Shown: positions 9,717 through 19,542 of the stretch, in pieces
Layout: every line of letters starts with the position of its first letter
How positions within the stretch are numbered: the first letter of the stretch is position 1
NCBI GenBank assembly: GCA_038046645.1
Contig: JBBSVU010000010.1
Span: 1-49,524, forward strand
Source: an archaeon
GTDB taxonomy: Archaea > Iainarchaeota > Iainarchaeia > Iainarchaeales > 0-14-0-20-34-12
Length of the DNA stretch: 49,524 nt
Direction: 5' to 3'
Program-made: the position numbers and the translations under genes
Notes under the pieces: generated by a model
The model's input: the letters and a program-made list of their open reading frames with translations, nothing else
The model's database searches: none
Told to the model about the DNA's origin: nothing

Positions 9717-10178
9717 TTATTTCTCATTCGAGCTGTAAATCCATTCCAAGCCCATTTTTTTATAATTGTGGATTTCTTCCTGCTTGAAGAATAATGCTAT
9801 TTCTTTGTCTGCTGCTTCCTTGCTTTCTGATGCGTGTATCAGGTTATTCTGTGTGCTTAATGAATAATCTCCCCTGATTGTTCCTGCCTGCGCTTTTATT
9901 CCGTCGGTAGCACCAACCAAATTTCTCATTACTGCAACAGCTTCTCGGCCTTCCACAACCAAAAGAATAGACGGGATAGCAGACATATATTTTATCAATT
10001 CATCAAAGAATGATTTTCCCTCATGGTGCGCATAGTGTTTCTTCAGTTTTTCGGGTTTCAAAAGTTCCATCTTTGCCCCTGCTATGATTAATCCTTTATG
10101 TTCAATCCTTGTGATGATGTCCCCAATCATTCCCCTGTTAATTGCATCAGGCTTTATGATTAAAAGAGTTTTTTCCAT
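9717..10178 (-). CDS. ndk: nucleoside diphosphate kinase
   Basis: EKTLLIIKPDA, GTIRGDY, NLIHAS. Confidence 0.96.
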   Translation of the reverse strand: MEKTLLIIKPDAINRGMIGDIITRIEHKGLIIAGAKMELLKPEKLKKHYAHHEGKSFFDELIKYMSAIPSILLVVEGREAVAVMRNLVGATDGIKAQAGTIRGDYSLSTQNNLIHASESKEAADKEIALFFKQEEIHNYKKMGLEWIYSSNEK

Positions 10179-10256
10179 CTTAACTCCTCCATTTATTTTT
10201 ATATCAAAAGGACAAAAATAATTGCATAAAATTGTCTTTTGATATTAATTATATTT

Positions 10257-10427
10257 TTAATCTTCGCCATAATATTCTGTCCACTTGAATTTTCTTGGGT
10301 CTCTTCCTAACTTTACCAAGTTTTTTTCACATTTCTTTGAACAGAAAAGATATTTTTTACCTGTTTTCCTTACGAACAAAGTACCACTTCCTTTAGGCAC
10401 TTCATTTCCGCAAAATGAACATTTCAT
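10257..10427 (-). CDS. rpl24e: 50S ribosomal protein L24e (not in ORF track)
   Basis: Hand translation MKCSFCGNEVPKGSGTLFVRKTGKKYLFCSKKCEKNLVKLGRDPRKFKWTEYYGED; GGAGGTGA SD; S28e-L24e-ndk synteny. Confidence 0.95.
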   Translation of the reverse strand: MKCSFCGNEVPKGSGTLFVRKTGKKYLFCSKKCEKNLVKLGRDPRKFKWTEYYGED

Positions 10428-10442
10428 GGTTTCACCTCCCCG

Positions 10443-10550
10443 GCTTTTTTCTTTTTTATTTCAAGCAAAGCTTGAAATGATCAGTAAAGTCTTTGACTTT
10501 ACCTGATCTTTGCAAAGAAAAGAAAAAAGTTAGGGGCATCAAAAAAGAAA
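10443..10550. repeat. multi-hairpin intergenic element, member of a dispersed CTTTTTC..GAAAAAG-AGG-CAAAA repeat family
   Basis: Outer IR 10443-10455/10518-10530; inner hairpins 10458-10478 and 10479-10508. Confidence 0.6.
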
Positions 10551-10581
10551 ATAATTGCAAAAAAATAAAACCAAATTAATT

Positions 10582-10788
10582 TTACCTAGCTTTGATTTCA
10601 GCTGCCTCTCTTTCTGTGCTCAAGAGAACGATTACATCGCCTTTTCTGACCAATCCTTTTACATTCCTTCTTTTTATCCTTCCCTTTTCCGGTCCGTCAA
10701 GAATTTTTGCCATTACCTGTGTAATCTCTCCCTGTACTCCAGTCCTCCTTATTATCTCTACAACCTCTGCAGGTGTTCCTTCATCCAT
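10582..10788 (-). CDS. rps28e: 30S ribosomal protein S28e
   Basis: [36 protein letters not shown]. Confidence 0.96.
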   Translation of the reverse strand: MDEGTPAEVVEIIRRTGVQGEITQVMAKILDGPEKGRIKRRNVKGLVRKGDVIVLLSTEREAAEIKAR

Positions 10789-10800
10789 TTTGTTTCACCT

Positions 10801-11157
10801 TTATTTCTTTAATTCCTCTAATTTCTTCACTAGGTCAAGCAGGTCTTTTTTTCCATCCTTGCCCTCATCCATTACTGCTACTGAAGCAGTTGATACATTC
10901 AGGCCAGCGCTTTTTCCTAGTTCTTCCTTTGATTCAACAAAAGAATAAGGAACCTTTTTTTCCTTGCATAACATAGGCAAATGCATTACTATTTCTTTTG
11001 GGTTGACATCGTTTGCCACTAAAACAAACTTTGCCTTTTCCCTTTCAATTGCCTTTGTTACTTCATTTATCCCTACTTTAACCTTTCCGGTTTTGCTTAT
11101 TTTCCTAAGCATTGCCAGTTGGGCTTCCATTAATTCCTTAGGCACTTCAAACTCCAT
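10801..11157 (-). CDS. rpl7ae: 50S ribosomal protein L7Ae
   Basis: GINEVTKAIER, DVNPKEIVMHLP.LC.EK; GGAGG SD before MEFEV. Confidence 0.96.
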   Translation of the reverse strand: MEFEVPKELMEAQLAMLRKISKTGKVKVGINEVTKAIEREKAKFVLVANDVNPKEIVMHLPMLCKEKKVPYSFVESKEELGKSAGLNVSTASVAVMDEGKDGKKDLLDLVKKLEELKK

Positions 11158-11268
11158 CGAAAAACCTCCTTTTAAGTCATAGGTTTTAGAGGAAATAGAA
11201 TTTCCCCAAAAATAGACTTTTACTAACAAATAGCCTTAAGAAAGGTTTAAATAAGTGATTATTTAGTG

Positions 11269-12642
11269 CTATGCGACTGGGGAAAAGAGTGCAGCAAGCC
11301 CTTTCCTTAAAATAGTTAGTTTTCTTGGGTTGTCAACAATAATTCTAAAATAACGTTCAGCAATATCAGTACCATAAGCCTCTTTAAACCCAAATATATC
11401 CGTAGCAGGCTTGAAAGGTTCTACCTCATACATTTCAGTTATTATTTTTCCTAATACAGAAGCAGGAACTGAAACCAACCAGTTATCTCCTGGGATTATT
11501 CCATGCCTTTGCAATATTGCCCTTGCTTTTTCATTCTTTACCCTAAATTTTTCAGGCATTTTATTGAACGTAAACCAGCTTACTGATTTGCTTGGCGTTA
11601 TTCCATAAGGTACAAGAAGACCATGTGATTCCCTAATTGTTTTTTCTATCCTAATCCTTGTTCTTGAACCTTGCATATCCATATCTTTTTTCAGTGCTTT
11701 TTCATAGCCTAATGGGCTTACATGGAATTGGCCAAATAAAGACCCTTTTTTCAATTCTTCTGGAGGCAAGCTAGTTGAAACCCTTAACCATCGTAAAACA
11801 TCTTGATTTACACAAAGACCATAACCGACTCTGCTCAATGCAAGGCTTTTTGATTTAGAGTAGGAATTTACTGCAACAACCCTTAAGTCTTGGAATTCTT
11901 TCATAAGCCCGGTAACAGTTCTTTGCGTTTTTACTACTTGATGCCTAATATCAGGCATCATTACATCATAAATTATAATGCTTTTTGGAGATACCTGTCT
12001 TACTCTATCTAGAACATGTTTAATGCCTTCAAGGTCATAAGGTATGCCCTCTGGATTTGTTGGAGCAGCTAAATAAACTAATTTTGGCTTTTCTTGTGCT
12101 ATCCTTTCTACAAATCGCTTTGGGTCAAAGTTAAAACCAGTTGCTTCAGGCCTAGGCACTGTTGCAACCTTTAAATCTCGATCCTCAGCCTTTACCTGCA
12201 TCATATAATACCAAGGATAATCCCCTACAATAGTGTCAGCATAAGGCTTTTCTTCTGGTGCTGTATTGAATAACATTTCATTAGCCCTTCTTTTTGTGCT
12301 AAATGTCATTAAATCATTTAATATAGTTGTGCTGCCAGCTCCAACAAAGATTCCTTCTGGTGCTATGTTATACCTTAATCCCATTTCTCTTCTAAATAGA
12401 TTAATTATATTTGTAATGACTGCATAAGCACCAGCTTGAGCATTGCTTCTTGCATCCCTATGTATCTTTCTTATCTCTTCCCTTCTTCTGCTTTTTCTTA
12501 GGTGTTCTCTCCACAATCTTCTAAGGCTTAGGATTTTTTTCCAATCACCTGTTACCGCCTTAGGCACTTTTGCCTTTGCAGCAGTTATCGCAGCCCTTTT
12601 CCGTTTCCAATTGATAATCCTTTGTCCTAATCTTGTTGGCAT
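11269..12642 (-). CDS. divergent PLP-dependent aminotransferase class I/II-fold protein with a basic N-terminal extension
   Basis: PTNPEG (NPxG), IIIYD, SYSK..L..RVGY (PLP lysine), YFRI. Confidence 0.7.
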   Translation of the reverse strand: MPTRLGQRIINWKRKRAAITAAKAKVPKAVTGDWKKILSLRRLWREHLRKSRRREEIRKIHRDARSNAQAGAYAVITNIINLFRREMGLRYNIAPEGIFVGAGSTTILNDLMTFSTKRRANEMLFNTAPEEKPYADTIVGDYPWYYMMQVKAEDRDLKVATVPRPEATGFNFDPKRFVERIAQEKPKLVYLAAPTNPEGIPYDLEGIKHVLDRVRQVSPKSIIIYDVMMPDIRHQVVKTQRTVTGLMKEFQDLRVVAVNSYSKSKSLALSRVGYGLCVNQDVLRWLRVSTSLPPEELKKGSLFGQFHVSPLGYEKALKKDMDMQGSRTRIRIEKTIRESHGLLVPYGITPSKSVSWFTFNKMPEKFRVKNEKARAILQRHGIIPGDNWLVSVPASVLGKIITEMYEVEPFKPATDIFGFKEAYGTDIAERYFRIIVDNPRKLTILRKGLAALFSPVA

Positions 12643-12687
12643 ATAAATCAATACTATATTTATTCTCAGTTTTTCTTAAAAATCTAT

Positions 12688-14349
12688 TTAATTATGTGTA
12701 AACCATACAACCGGCCTTTTTCCTTCTAAAGAATCTACCCTGACAAACCCAAACCTGTCAAAATAAATGTGGTCATTTACTTTTTTATTTAATATTTCCG
12801 AATCACACAATCCAATTATTTTTTTAGCATCAGGCATCATTAATTCAATATCACTGCCATCAAGCAACCAGGGTATGACTTCCTTAATTTTTATATCTCC
12901 AGCATATTCTGCCGTAACTTCATAATCGCTAATTGTTTTTATCCTCACATTATAAGCATTCCTCATTCTCACTATCTGCCCTGCTTTGTATTTTGAAATT
13001 ATTCCCTTATCAACGAAAAATTCTTGCACTCCTTGGTTTAATTCATAAATTCTGCCATCAATCTCTACATTTGTTTTTGGAACCAAATCAGCGCTTAATT
13101 TCAAAGGTTCTTTCATGAATGTCAATTTTTCAGCGTTTTCTGCAATCACATCTTTATTCAATGCAGCCAAAGTGCTCCATAAGATTTTTGCATCATTTGC
13201 ATTTGTCCCTAAATTAATGATTGCTTTTGTTAATGCTTCTGGTGTAAATCCTCTTCTTCTTAATGCCCTTATTGTTCCCAACCTTGGATCATCCCAGCCA
13301 ATATAAATGCCTTCTTCAATCCCTTTCTTGATTTTTGATGTTGATAAAACACTGCCTTCAATAGCTATCCTTCCAAAGTAAATTGTGTGTGGATATTCCC
13401 AATCAAAATATTTATACAAGAACCTTTGTTTTGTTTCATTCTGCTCATGCTCCTGCCCCCTAATTATTAAAGTAACCCCAAGCAAATGGTCATCAACTGC
13501 TGACGCTAAATTATATGATGGCCAGACCTGATATTTTGTTCCAGCCCTTGGATGCTTTGGATTATCAATCACACGGCAAAGCCACCAATCGCGGACAGAA
13601 GGATCTTTATGTTTTAAATCAGTTTTAATTCTGACAATTGCCTCTCCTTCTTTAAGTTCATGATTTTTCATCTTCATGAATCTTTGCAGATGTTCTTTAA
13701 CATCAAGGTCTCTGCATACGCAAGGCTCTTTTTTCTTTACCTTCTCGCGCCATTCTTCAACCTTGCAGGTGCAAACATAAGCATTTTCCGCTTGAAGCAA
13801 TTCTTCAATTTTATTATAATAAATTTCTATCCTGTCTGAAGCAAAATAGGTTTCATCAATTTTGCAATTTAACCATGTTAAATCCTCTTTGAAAATCTGT
13901 TCTGCATTTTCAATTGGTTTTTTTACTTTCGGGTCTGTATCATCAAACCTCAACAAAAAGCGCCCATTATGCCTGCGCGCATATTCATGGCTTGTTATTG
14001 CTGCCCTGGCATTTCCCAAATGAAAAGGACCATTTGGATTTGGTGCATACCTTGTTACTACTTGCATTCCTTCCCTTACCCAATCCAATTCAGCTAATCC
14101 TTCCCTTTGCTCCCTTGGCTTTAATTCAAAACCTTCAGCATTAAATTGCTCGAATTCCTTTTTGATTTCATCAATTCCAAAGGAATTCACTAATGAAACA
14201 GCATTTTTTATTTCAGGCATGGCGGTTTTCAAATCTATGTCTGGCAATACCGCTTTTACCTTTCCAACAACAGCGCCAATGTCTGCCTTTCCTTCATGTT
14301 CATATGCATTCTTTATTGCATATTTATAAGCTATTTCCTTTGTGTCCAT
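12688..14349 (-). CDS. gltX: glutamyl-tRNA synthetase (archaeal type)
   Basis: RYAPNPNGPFHLGNAR, RFDDTDP, LSTS, GWDDPRLGTI, FDRFGFVR. Confidence 0.96.
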   Translation of the reverse strand: MDTKEIAYKYAIKNAYEHEGKADIGAVVGKVKAVLPDIDLKTAMPEIKNAVSLVNSFGIDEIKKEFEQFNAEGFELKPREQREGLAELDWVREGMQVVTRYAPNPNGPFHLGNARAAITSHEYARRHNGRFLLRFDDTDPKVKKPIENAEQIFKEDLTWLNCKIDETYFASDRIEIYYNKIEELLQAENAYVCTCKVEEWREKVKKKEPCVCRDLDVKEHLQRFMKMKNHELKEGEAIVRIKTDLKHKDPSVRDWWLCRVIDNPKHPRAGTKYQVWPSYNLASAVDDHLLGVTLIIRGQEHEQNETKQRFLYKYFDWEYPHTIYFGRIAIEGSVLSTSKIKKGIEEGIYIGWDDPRLGTIRALRRRGFTPEALTKAIINLGTNANDAKILWSTLAALNKDVIAENAEKLTFMKEPLKLSADLVPKTNVEIDGRIYELNQGVQEFFVDKGIISKYKAGQIVRMRNAYNVRIKTISDYEVTAEYAGDIKIKEVIPWLLDGSDIELMMPDAKKIIGLCDSEILNKKVNDHIYFDRFGFVRVDSLEGKRPVVWFTHN

Positions 14350-14480
14350 TTTTATCATTCTCACATATCTAATGCTGTTGACATTTTTTAATGATTGGGG
14401 TGTATACTTTAAGGCATAAATTTTTCTGAATTTGGCTGATTTAAAAATATATTTTAAAAATAGGTTAAAAAAGATTTTAT

Positions 14481-15236
14481 TTACTGTGCAGTTTTTGCCC
14501 TGTCCCAGCAGGCTGCGAAGTGATTGTTTAAAACATCAACGATCGGCTTGTGATTCCAAATAGCGAAATTATATTCCTGCTTTTCCTTGTTCAAGTTGCT
14601 CAATGCAATGATTGCTTTTTTATTGTCAATTGTAAATGCTGTCAAGCCATGGTTTACATGCTTGAATTCTAGATTCTCGGATAAATATCTTTTAACATCC
14701 TTGTGCTGCCCGTGATGCAAAATCTTTACATTTACTTTTCTGTCTGTCGCGCCTTTTATTGATTTAATCAGGGGAGAATGCCCTGTATCCAAATCGATAA
14801 AGCCAGTAACATTTTCTTTTGCATTATCCAATTCCTGTGCAAGTATTTTCAGGAAATCATTTTTGCTTTTTACTTTTATAACTGTATCTTCCTGGTCTTC
14901 CGGGGTTGAAGCATATGAAAGTTCTTTTACTACATTGTCAACTTCTTTTTCAATATCACAAAATGTTTTTTTCTTTTCTTCAATTAAAGTGCCGAATACT
15001 TTTCCTGCTTCCATTATCCTGTATCTCTTTGGCCTGTTGTGCATTTCAATAATTAAGCCTCTTTGCACTAAACTATCAAGGATATCATATATCCTTGTTT
15101 TCGGCACTTGTGAGTATTGGCTAATCTGAGGAGCTTTAGCTTCCTTCAGTTTAAACAGGCTTAATAAAGTCCTTATTTCATAATCAGTAAGACCTAAATT
15201 AGCTAATACCTCTTTTACCCTTTCTTCCCTAACCAT
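14481..15236 (-). CDS. TrmB-family transcriptional regulator
   Basis: LGLTDYE..VPKTRIYDILDSL..RGLI..RPKRY wHTH plus C-terminal effector domain. Confidence 0.9.
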   Translation of the reverse strand: MVREERVKEVLANLGLTDYEIRTLLSLFKLKEAKAPQISQYSQVPKTRIYDILDSLVQRGLIIEMHNRPKRYRIMEAGKVFGTLIEEKKKTFCDIEKEVDNVVKELSYASTPEDQEDTVIKVKSKNDFLKILAQELDNAKENVTGFIDLDTGHSPLIKSIKGATDRKVNVKILHHGQHKDVKRYLSENLEFKHVNHGLTAFTIDNKKAIIALSNLNKEKQEYNFAIWNHKPIVDVLNNHFAACWDRAKTAQ

Positions 15237-15308
15237 AAGAAAATCGCCTACTATATATATTAATACTACCTATCAAGTATTTAAAAGTACCGTTTTAGAG
15301 TTATAAGG

Positions 15309-16139
15309 TTAATTTTTACTATTTTTGCCATTTTTGAATGAAATAGCACAATATGCAACAACATTATCATAATCTCCAGTTAACGAGCCAGAAGTTGTAT
15401 ATCCTTCAATTTCTGCATTATTAAGGCCTTTTTGCATGCAATAATAAAGCAAGCAGGTGATTGGCAGATAGCCGCATATGCTTAAATTATGCTTATTTAC
15501 CTCAGAATGAAAACCTTCTGGGTCTATTTTAGTTATGTAGTGAATAGCTTCAAAATCAACCTTTCTAGCAAGTTTTTCACTTATAAAATGCGAAAAATCA
15601 GAGCTTGCTATTACCGCAATATCTTCGTTTTTTCCTATCTCTGCAAGTATTTTACCTAGTTTTTTTATTGATTCATGATTATCCTCAGAAATTATTATTG
15701 GCACAATCTTTGGTTTTTGTTTCTCTTCCTTAAACAAATGCTGCAAAAAAGGGATTTGAACCTCAATTGAATGCTCGCCAATATGCGCTAATTCATCAAA
15801 TTCTGCATCGCTTTTTTCAATTATTTTTTCAGCAATTTTTTTATCTACCTCAATCCTGCCAAGGGGTGTTTCCCAAAAATCATTCTTATCTATTGAAATA
15901 GCTGAGCCTAAACCAGTATGGTTTGGCCCGAGTATTATGTAAGTGGCGGCTTTCTTCAAGCAGGAAAATGCCTTTGCTGCTGTTTGCCCTGAATAAACAT
16001 AGCCTGCGTGCGGTGAAATAATTGCACCACAATCTCTTTTGATTTTGCAGTTCGAGAAAAATTCTTCCAATTGGGATTCCAATTGTTTTGAATTTTTGGG
16101 GTAAAATTGCCCTGCAAATGCGGCAGTTCGTATACTCAT
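15309..16139 (-). CDS. MEMO1-family protein (AmmeMemoRadiSam protein B)
   Basis: AGQFYP, PHAGYVYSG, GPNHTG, EHSIEVQIPFLQ, SSDFSH, ICG. Confidence 0.93.
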   Translation of the reverse strand: MSIRTAAFAGQFYPKNSKQLESQLEEFFSNCKIKRDCGAIISPHAGYVYSGQTAAKAFSCLKKAATYIILGPNHTGLGSAISIDKNDFWETPLGRIEVDKKIAEKIIEKSDAEFDELAHIGEHSIEVQIPFLQHLFKEEKQKPKIVPIIISEDNHESIKKLGKILAEIGKNEDIAVIASSDFSHFISEKLARKVDFEAIHYITKIDPEGFHSEVNKHNLSICGYLPITCLLYYCMQKGLNNAEIEGYTTSGSLTGDYDNVVAYCAISFKNGKNSKN

Positions 16140-16250
16140 AAAAATAATATGTCCGAATAATTTAAAATATACTTTGAATTAAAATTCTTTGAAATCAAAA
16201 AGAAAAAAATAAGCCATTACGCTAAAAAATGAGAAAAAAGAAAGAGAATT

Positions 16251-16916
16251 TTATTTCTCTTCATATGTCCTTTTATTGTCATCATGGGCTTCGTGGGACA
16301 TTTCTTCCCTTGCGCCTTTCTCGAGCACAAATTCAAAATCTGATAATTTATATTTGAATTCAGCATCGCTTTTTATCAGGTTTTTATTTTTCATGAATTC
16401 CCTTGCCAAAAGCCAGTAAACCAATGCTAAACTCTGCCTTCCCTTGTTGTTTATTGGGATTATTAAGTCAATATTTGCAGTCTCATTATCCGTGCTGCAC
16501 ATAGCTATTATTGGGATCCTTGCATTTGTTGCTTCAATAATTGCCTGATTATCTGCACTTGGGTCTGTTATTAAAAGCACTGATGGTTCTAAGAATGATT
16601 TAAATGCAGGGTTGGTAAACGTCCCTGGGCTAAACCTTCCAACAACAGATTTTGCACCTATTGCTTCTGCAAACAGCTGTGCTGGTTTCTGCCCGTATTG
16701 CTTCTTTGAAACAATAACAATCTCTGAAGGCTCAAAGCCTGAAAGGAATTTTGCAGCAACAGTTATCTTTTCATCAATCATGCTGACATCAAATACCTTT
16801 AATTTATCCGGCCTTTTTTTGAATATGTATTTTCTCATCCCAGCTGTCTTGAATTTTGTCCCTATATGGGAACCAGTCCTCAAGTATTCCTTTGTTTCAA
16901 TCAGAGTATTGCTCAT
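16251..16916 (-). CDS. rps2: 30S ribosomal protein S2
   Basis: GSHIGT, GRFSPGTFTNP, IPINNKGRQSLALVYWLLARE. Confidence 0.97.
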   Translation of the reverse strand: MSNTLIETKEYLRTGSHIGTKFKTAGMRKYIFKKRPDKLKVFDVSMIDEKITVAAKFLSGFEPSEIVIVSKKQYGQKPAQLFAEAIGAKSVVGRFSPGTFTNPAFKSFLEPSVLLITDPSADNQAIIEATNARIPIIAMCSTDNETANIDLIIPINNKGRQSLALVYWLLAREFMKNKNLIKSDAEFKYKLSDFEFVLEKGAREEMSHEAHDDNKRTYEEK

Positions 16917-16924
16917 TACTTCAC

Positions 16925-17119
16925 CTATTTTTTGTATTTCATTATATCATCAACAAGGTCAACATGGCTTAGCATCATTCGCCTGCAGCAGTATCTTTTT
17001 ATGCTGAGGTCATCAAGTACCTTTTTTGCATCCTTGTTTGTCTTTATTTCATTCATAAATTTTTCATAATGTTCTGCAATTGGTTTGCCGCAAGTAAAAC
17101 ATCTTATGGGAATAATCAT
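16925..17119 (-). CDS. rpoN: RNA polymerase subunit Rpo10 (N)
   Basis: [19 protein letters not shown]. Confidence 0.97.
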   Translation of the reverse strand: MIIPIRCFTCGKPIAEHYEKFMNEIKTNKDAKKVLDDLSIKRYCCRRMMLSHVDLVDDIMKYKK

Positions 17120-17123
17120 CACT

Positions 17124-17609
17124 TCACCTCTTACTCAGCTGCCTTTTTGCCCTAGCCCCTCTTCCCAATGGCTTCTTTGATTCTTTTCTTCTGGGGTCAT
17201 CGACAAGCAGCATTCGGTCATAATTCATAAACTTCTGTTTAAGCTGCTTGTCTGCAGAATACTGCAATAATGCTTTTGCAATTGCAGCCCTTGCACTTAC
17301 TGCCTGGCTCACAGGCCCTGAGCCTGAAACCGAAACTTCAATATCAACCTCTTTGCTCAATGGCTGTGCCAAATTAAGCGGTTCTGAAATAAGCATTTGT
17401 ATATATTCAGGGTCTATTATAGATAATGCCCTGTGATTTACACGTACCTTTCCAGTTCCTTTTCTTATTACAGCCCTGGCTACAGCTGTTTTCTTTTTTG
17501 CCTTTACGCATAATCCCCTAATTCTCTGTTTTTCGGAGGGTTTTCTCAGTATTATCTTTTTAATTCCTGATTTTGAACCCTCAATTTCAAATTCTTGTGG
17601 CTTATCCAT
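17124..17609 (-). CDS. rps9: 30S ribosomal protein S9
   Basis: [34 protein letters not shown]. Confidence 0.95.
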   Translation of the reverse strand: MDKPQEFEIEGSKSGIKKIILRKPSEKQRIRGLCVKAKKKTAVARAVIRKGTGKVRVNHRALSIIDPEYIQMLISEPLNLAQPLSKEVDIEVSVSGSGPVSQAVSARAAIAKALLQYSADKQLKQKFMNYDRMLLVDDPRRKESKKPLGRGARAKRQLSKR

Positions 17610-17626
17610 AATTTCACCGATAAATA

Positions 17627-18046
17627 TTACCATTTGCCCCCAATCTGTTTGCTTATCTCAGCAATTGTTAAATATTTCCCTTTTGTGCATTTTGCGTCTT
17701 CAACTGTAATAATTTCCTTACCCTCAAATGCTTTAGGCAGTCCAACATATACCCTTAATTTTCTATATGCTTCCTTCCCTGTTAATTTTTTATATGGGAG
17801 CATTCCTCTTATAGCAAACCTAACCAGATTTACCGTAGCCTTATAAAATTTCGGGCCTTTAACAGGATTGCCTTTTGCTTGTAGGGTAATTCTTCGGTTA
17901 AACCTTTCCATGATTGCATTTCTCGTTCCCCTTACTATTACCTTTTCAGCATTCAAAATTGCAACCTGTTCTTTGTTAAGCAATTTTTCTGCAACAAATG
18001 AGGAAAGCCTGCCAAGAATCAATCCGTCTCCGTTAATTATTACCAT
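17627..18046 (-). CDS. rpl13: 50S ribosomal protein L13
   Basis: ILGRLSS, NAEK, IRGMLPYK, LRVYVG. Confidence 0.95.
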   Translation of the reverse strand: MVIINGDGLILGRLSSFVAEKLLNKEQVAILNAEKVIVRGTRNAIMERFNRRITLQAKGNPVKGPKFYKATVNLVRFAIRGMLPYKKLTGKEAYRKLRVYVGLPKAFEGKEIITVEDAKCTKGKYLTIAEISKQIGGKW

Positions 18047-18063
18047 TTTTGCACCTTTAAGTA

Positions 18064-18402
18064 TTATTTGACAATTATAAAATCCTTTCCCTTATATTTG
18101 GCATCACAAACATCTTCAAAGGATAATGCCTCTCCATTCTTCTTTATCTCTGCCAAGGCTTTTTCGCTGAAATTTAATGCAGCTATCTTGGCTTTTCCGT
18201 CTAATGCCCCTACACCAAGTACTTTTCCTGGAATAATAAATATCTTAGCTGGATTTTTTTTCAGTAATTTGTTTAACTTATTGAGATTTACTGAAACCCT
18301 TTTCCTTCTTGGCGTTTCCAAGCGTTCAGCGATATCTTTCCATATCACTTCCTTGGTTTTTGAGTATTTTTTTCTCAATCCTACAATAATTTTTTCATCC
18401 AT
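18064..18402 (-). CDS. rpl18e: 50S ribosomal protein L18e
   Basis: IWKDIAERL..PRRKRVSVNL, IPGKVLG.G, AALNFS. Confidence 0.94.
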   Translation of the reverse strand: MDEKIIVGLRKKYSKTKEVIWKDIAERLETPRRKRVSVNLNKLNKLLKKNPAKIFIIPGKVLGVGALDGKAKIAALNFSEKALAEIKKNGEALSFEDVCDAKYKGKDFIIVK

Positions 18403-18532
18403 ATTTTCTTCACTTTTTAATATTGCCTAACGGGGTTTTCCTAAAAAAGATTTTCAATCTTTTTTAGTTTTTTTAACCGTAATTTCTTACGATTTTTCAT
18501 TTCTTTATTGCGTGTATTTTTTCTCATCTTAG

Positions 18533-18592
18533 TTTCTCTTTTTCTTTGAAAGACCTATATTTCTTTTTCTCTTTAGAAAAGAGAAAAAGAAA
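18533..18592 (-). repeat. palindromic ~60-nt repeat (copy of 36730-36788), possible terminator after the tRNA
   Basis: TTTCTTTTTCTCTTT/AAAGAGAAAAAGAAA hairpin 18560-18592 plus shared ATAyAGGTyktCAAAGAAAAAGAGAAA-like tail. Confidence 0.65.
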
Positions 18593-18594
18593 GA

Positions 18595-18748
18595 TGGTGC
18601 AGGAGACAGGATTCGAACCTGCGAAGGCACTAAGCCACAGGATTTCCTCCGTATGAAACGGCTTAAGTCTAGCAGAAACCTAAATATTAATTTAAGTATA
18701 ATTTTACTCAGGATTCACCTGCCCCGTTGGCCGCTTGGGTACTCCTGC
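18595..18748 (-). tRNA. tRNA-Leu(UAA), CCA encoded, two introns (18669-18717 at position 30/31; 18644-18661 at 37/38)
   Basis: Acceptor GCAGGAG/CTCCTGC-A-CCA, T-loop GGTTCGAATCC, long variable arm; removing both inserts gives CAGGA-CT-TAA-GA-TCCTG and an 87-nt tRNA; BHB motifs; rpoD-tRNA-Leu-rpl18e synteny. Confidence 0.9.
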
Positions 18749-18838
18749 ATTATGTGGGTCAGACAATAATTTATCTCACACACTATTTTAAAACACACTG
18801 CTAACAGCACGATTCCCATTCCATTGAGAATCTTGCGG

Positions 18839-19531
18839 TTAAATCTCTTTGACTGCTTCTTCAAATTCCTTTATCTTTTCCTTTAATTTCTTTGTTGCTG
18901 CCAAAAGCACTTCCTTGTTTTCTATCTGGCCATAACTTTCAACAGTCAAGACAAAGTCATTTGAATATTCTAGTTCAACATTTGGATCTTTCTTTAATTT
19001 CTCAATATCGTTGTTGGTCCATTCATAGGAATCCTTTGTTATTATATCACTGTATTTCTTGATTGATTTTCCTTCCTTGATTTTAGGAAGTTGAGCATAT
19101 GCAATTAAAGCAGGCTGCCATTTTACATGTTCTTTCCCTGTGCCTAAAATAGCAGTCATCTCCAATTTAATTATCTGCCCTTCACTTAATTTTGTAATGG
19201 GTATGTTTTTGAAAGCCACCTCTGCTTTCAGGTCTTGGCTTTCTATATCCGAGCTATACACAATGCACGGGCCTTCTTTTTCCAAAGTTAATTTTAATGT
19301 ATCTTTTTCCCCATATTCTTTCAAATTTGTTTTTATCGGAATTAAGCATAACCTATTTGCAAGCAATTCATCAAACAATACAGAATCATTTCTATATATT
19401 GAGACATTTTCTACAGATAATGTCGGAACATGCGACATGATTGCCCTTCTTATTGTGTTCATGAATGTAGGTGTTGTGTCCCTTATCAATAATTTTAAGG
19501 AATCGTTATCCTCAAGTTTGCTTATCTTCAA
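18839..19531 (-). CDS. rpoD: RNA polymerase subunit Rpo3 (D)
   Basis: NTIRRAIMSHVPT, NDSVLFDELLANRL.LIP, GTGKEHVKWQP, VESYGQ; TTG start. Confidence 0.95.
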   Translation of the reverse strand: MKISKLEDNDSLKLLIRDTTPTFMNTIRRAIMSHVPTLSVENVSIYRNDSVLFDELLANRLCLIPIKTNLKEYGEKDTLKLTLEKEGPCIVYSSDIESQDLKAEVAFKNIPITKLSEGQIIKLEMTAILGTGKEHVKWQPALIAYAQLPKIKEGKSIKKYSDIITKDSYEWTNNDIEKLKKDPNVELEYSNDFVLTVESYGQIENKEVLLAATKKLKEKIKEFEEAVKEI

Positions 19532-19542
19532 ATTAACACCTC

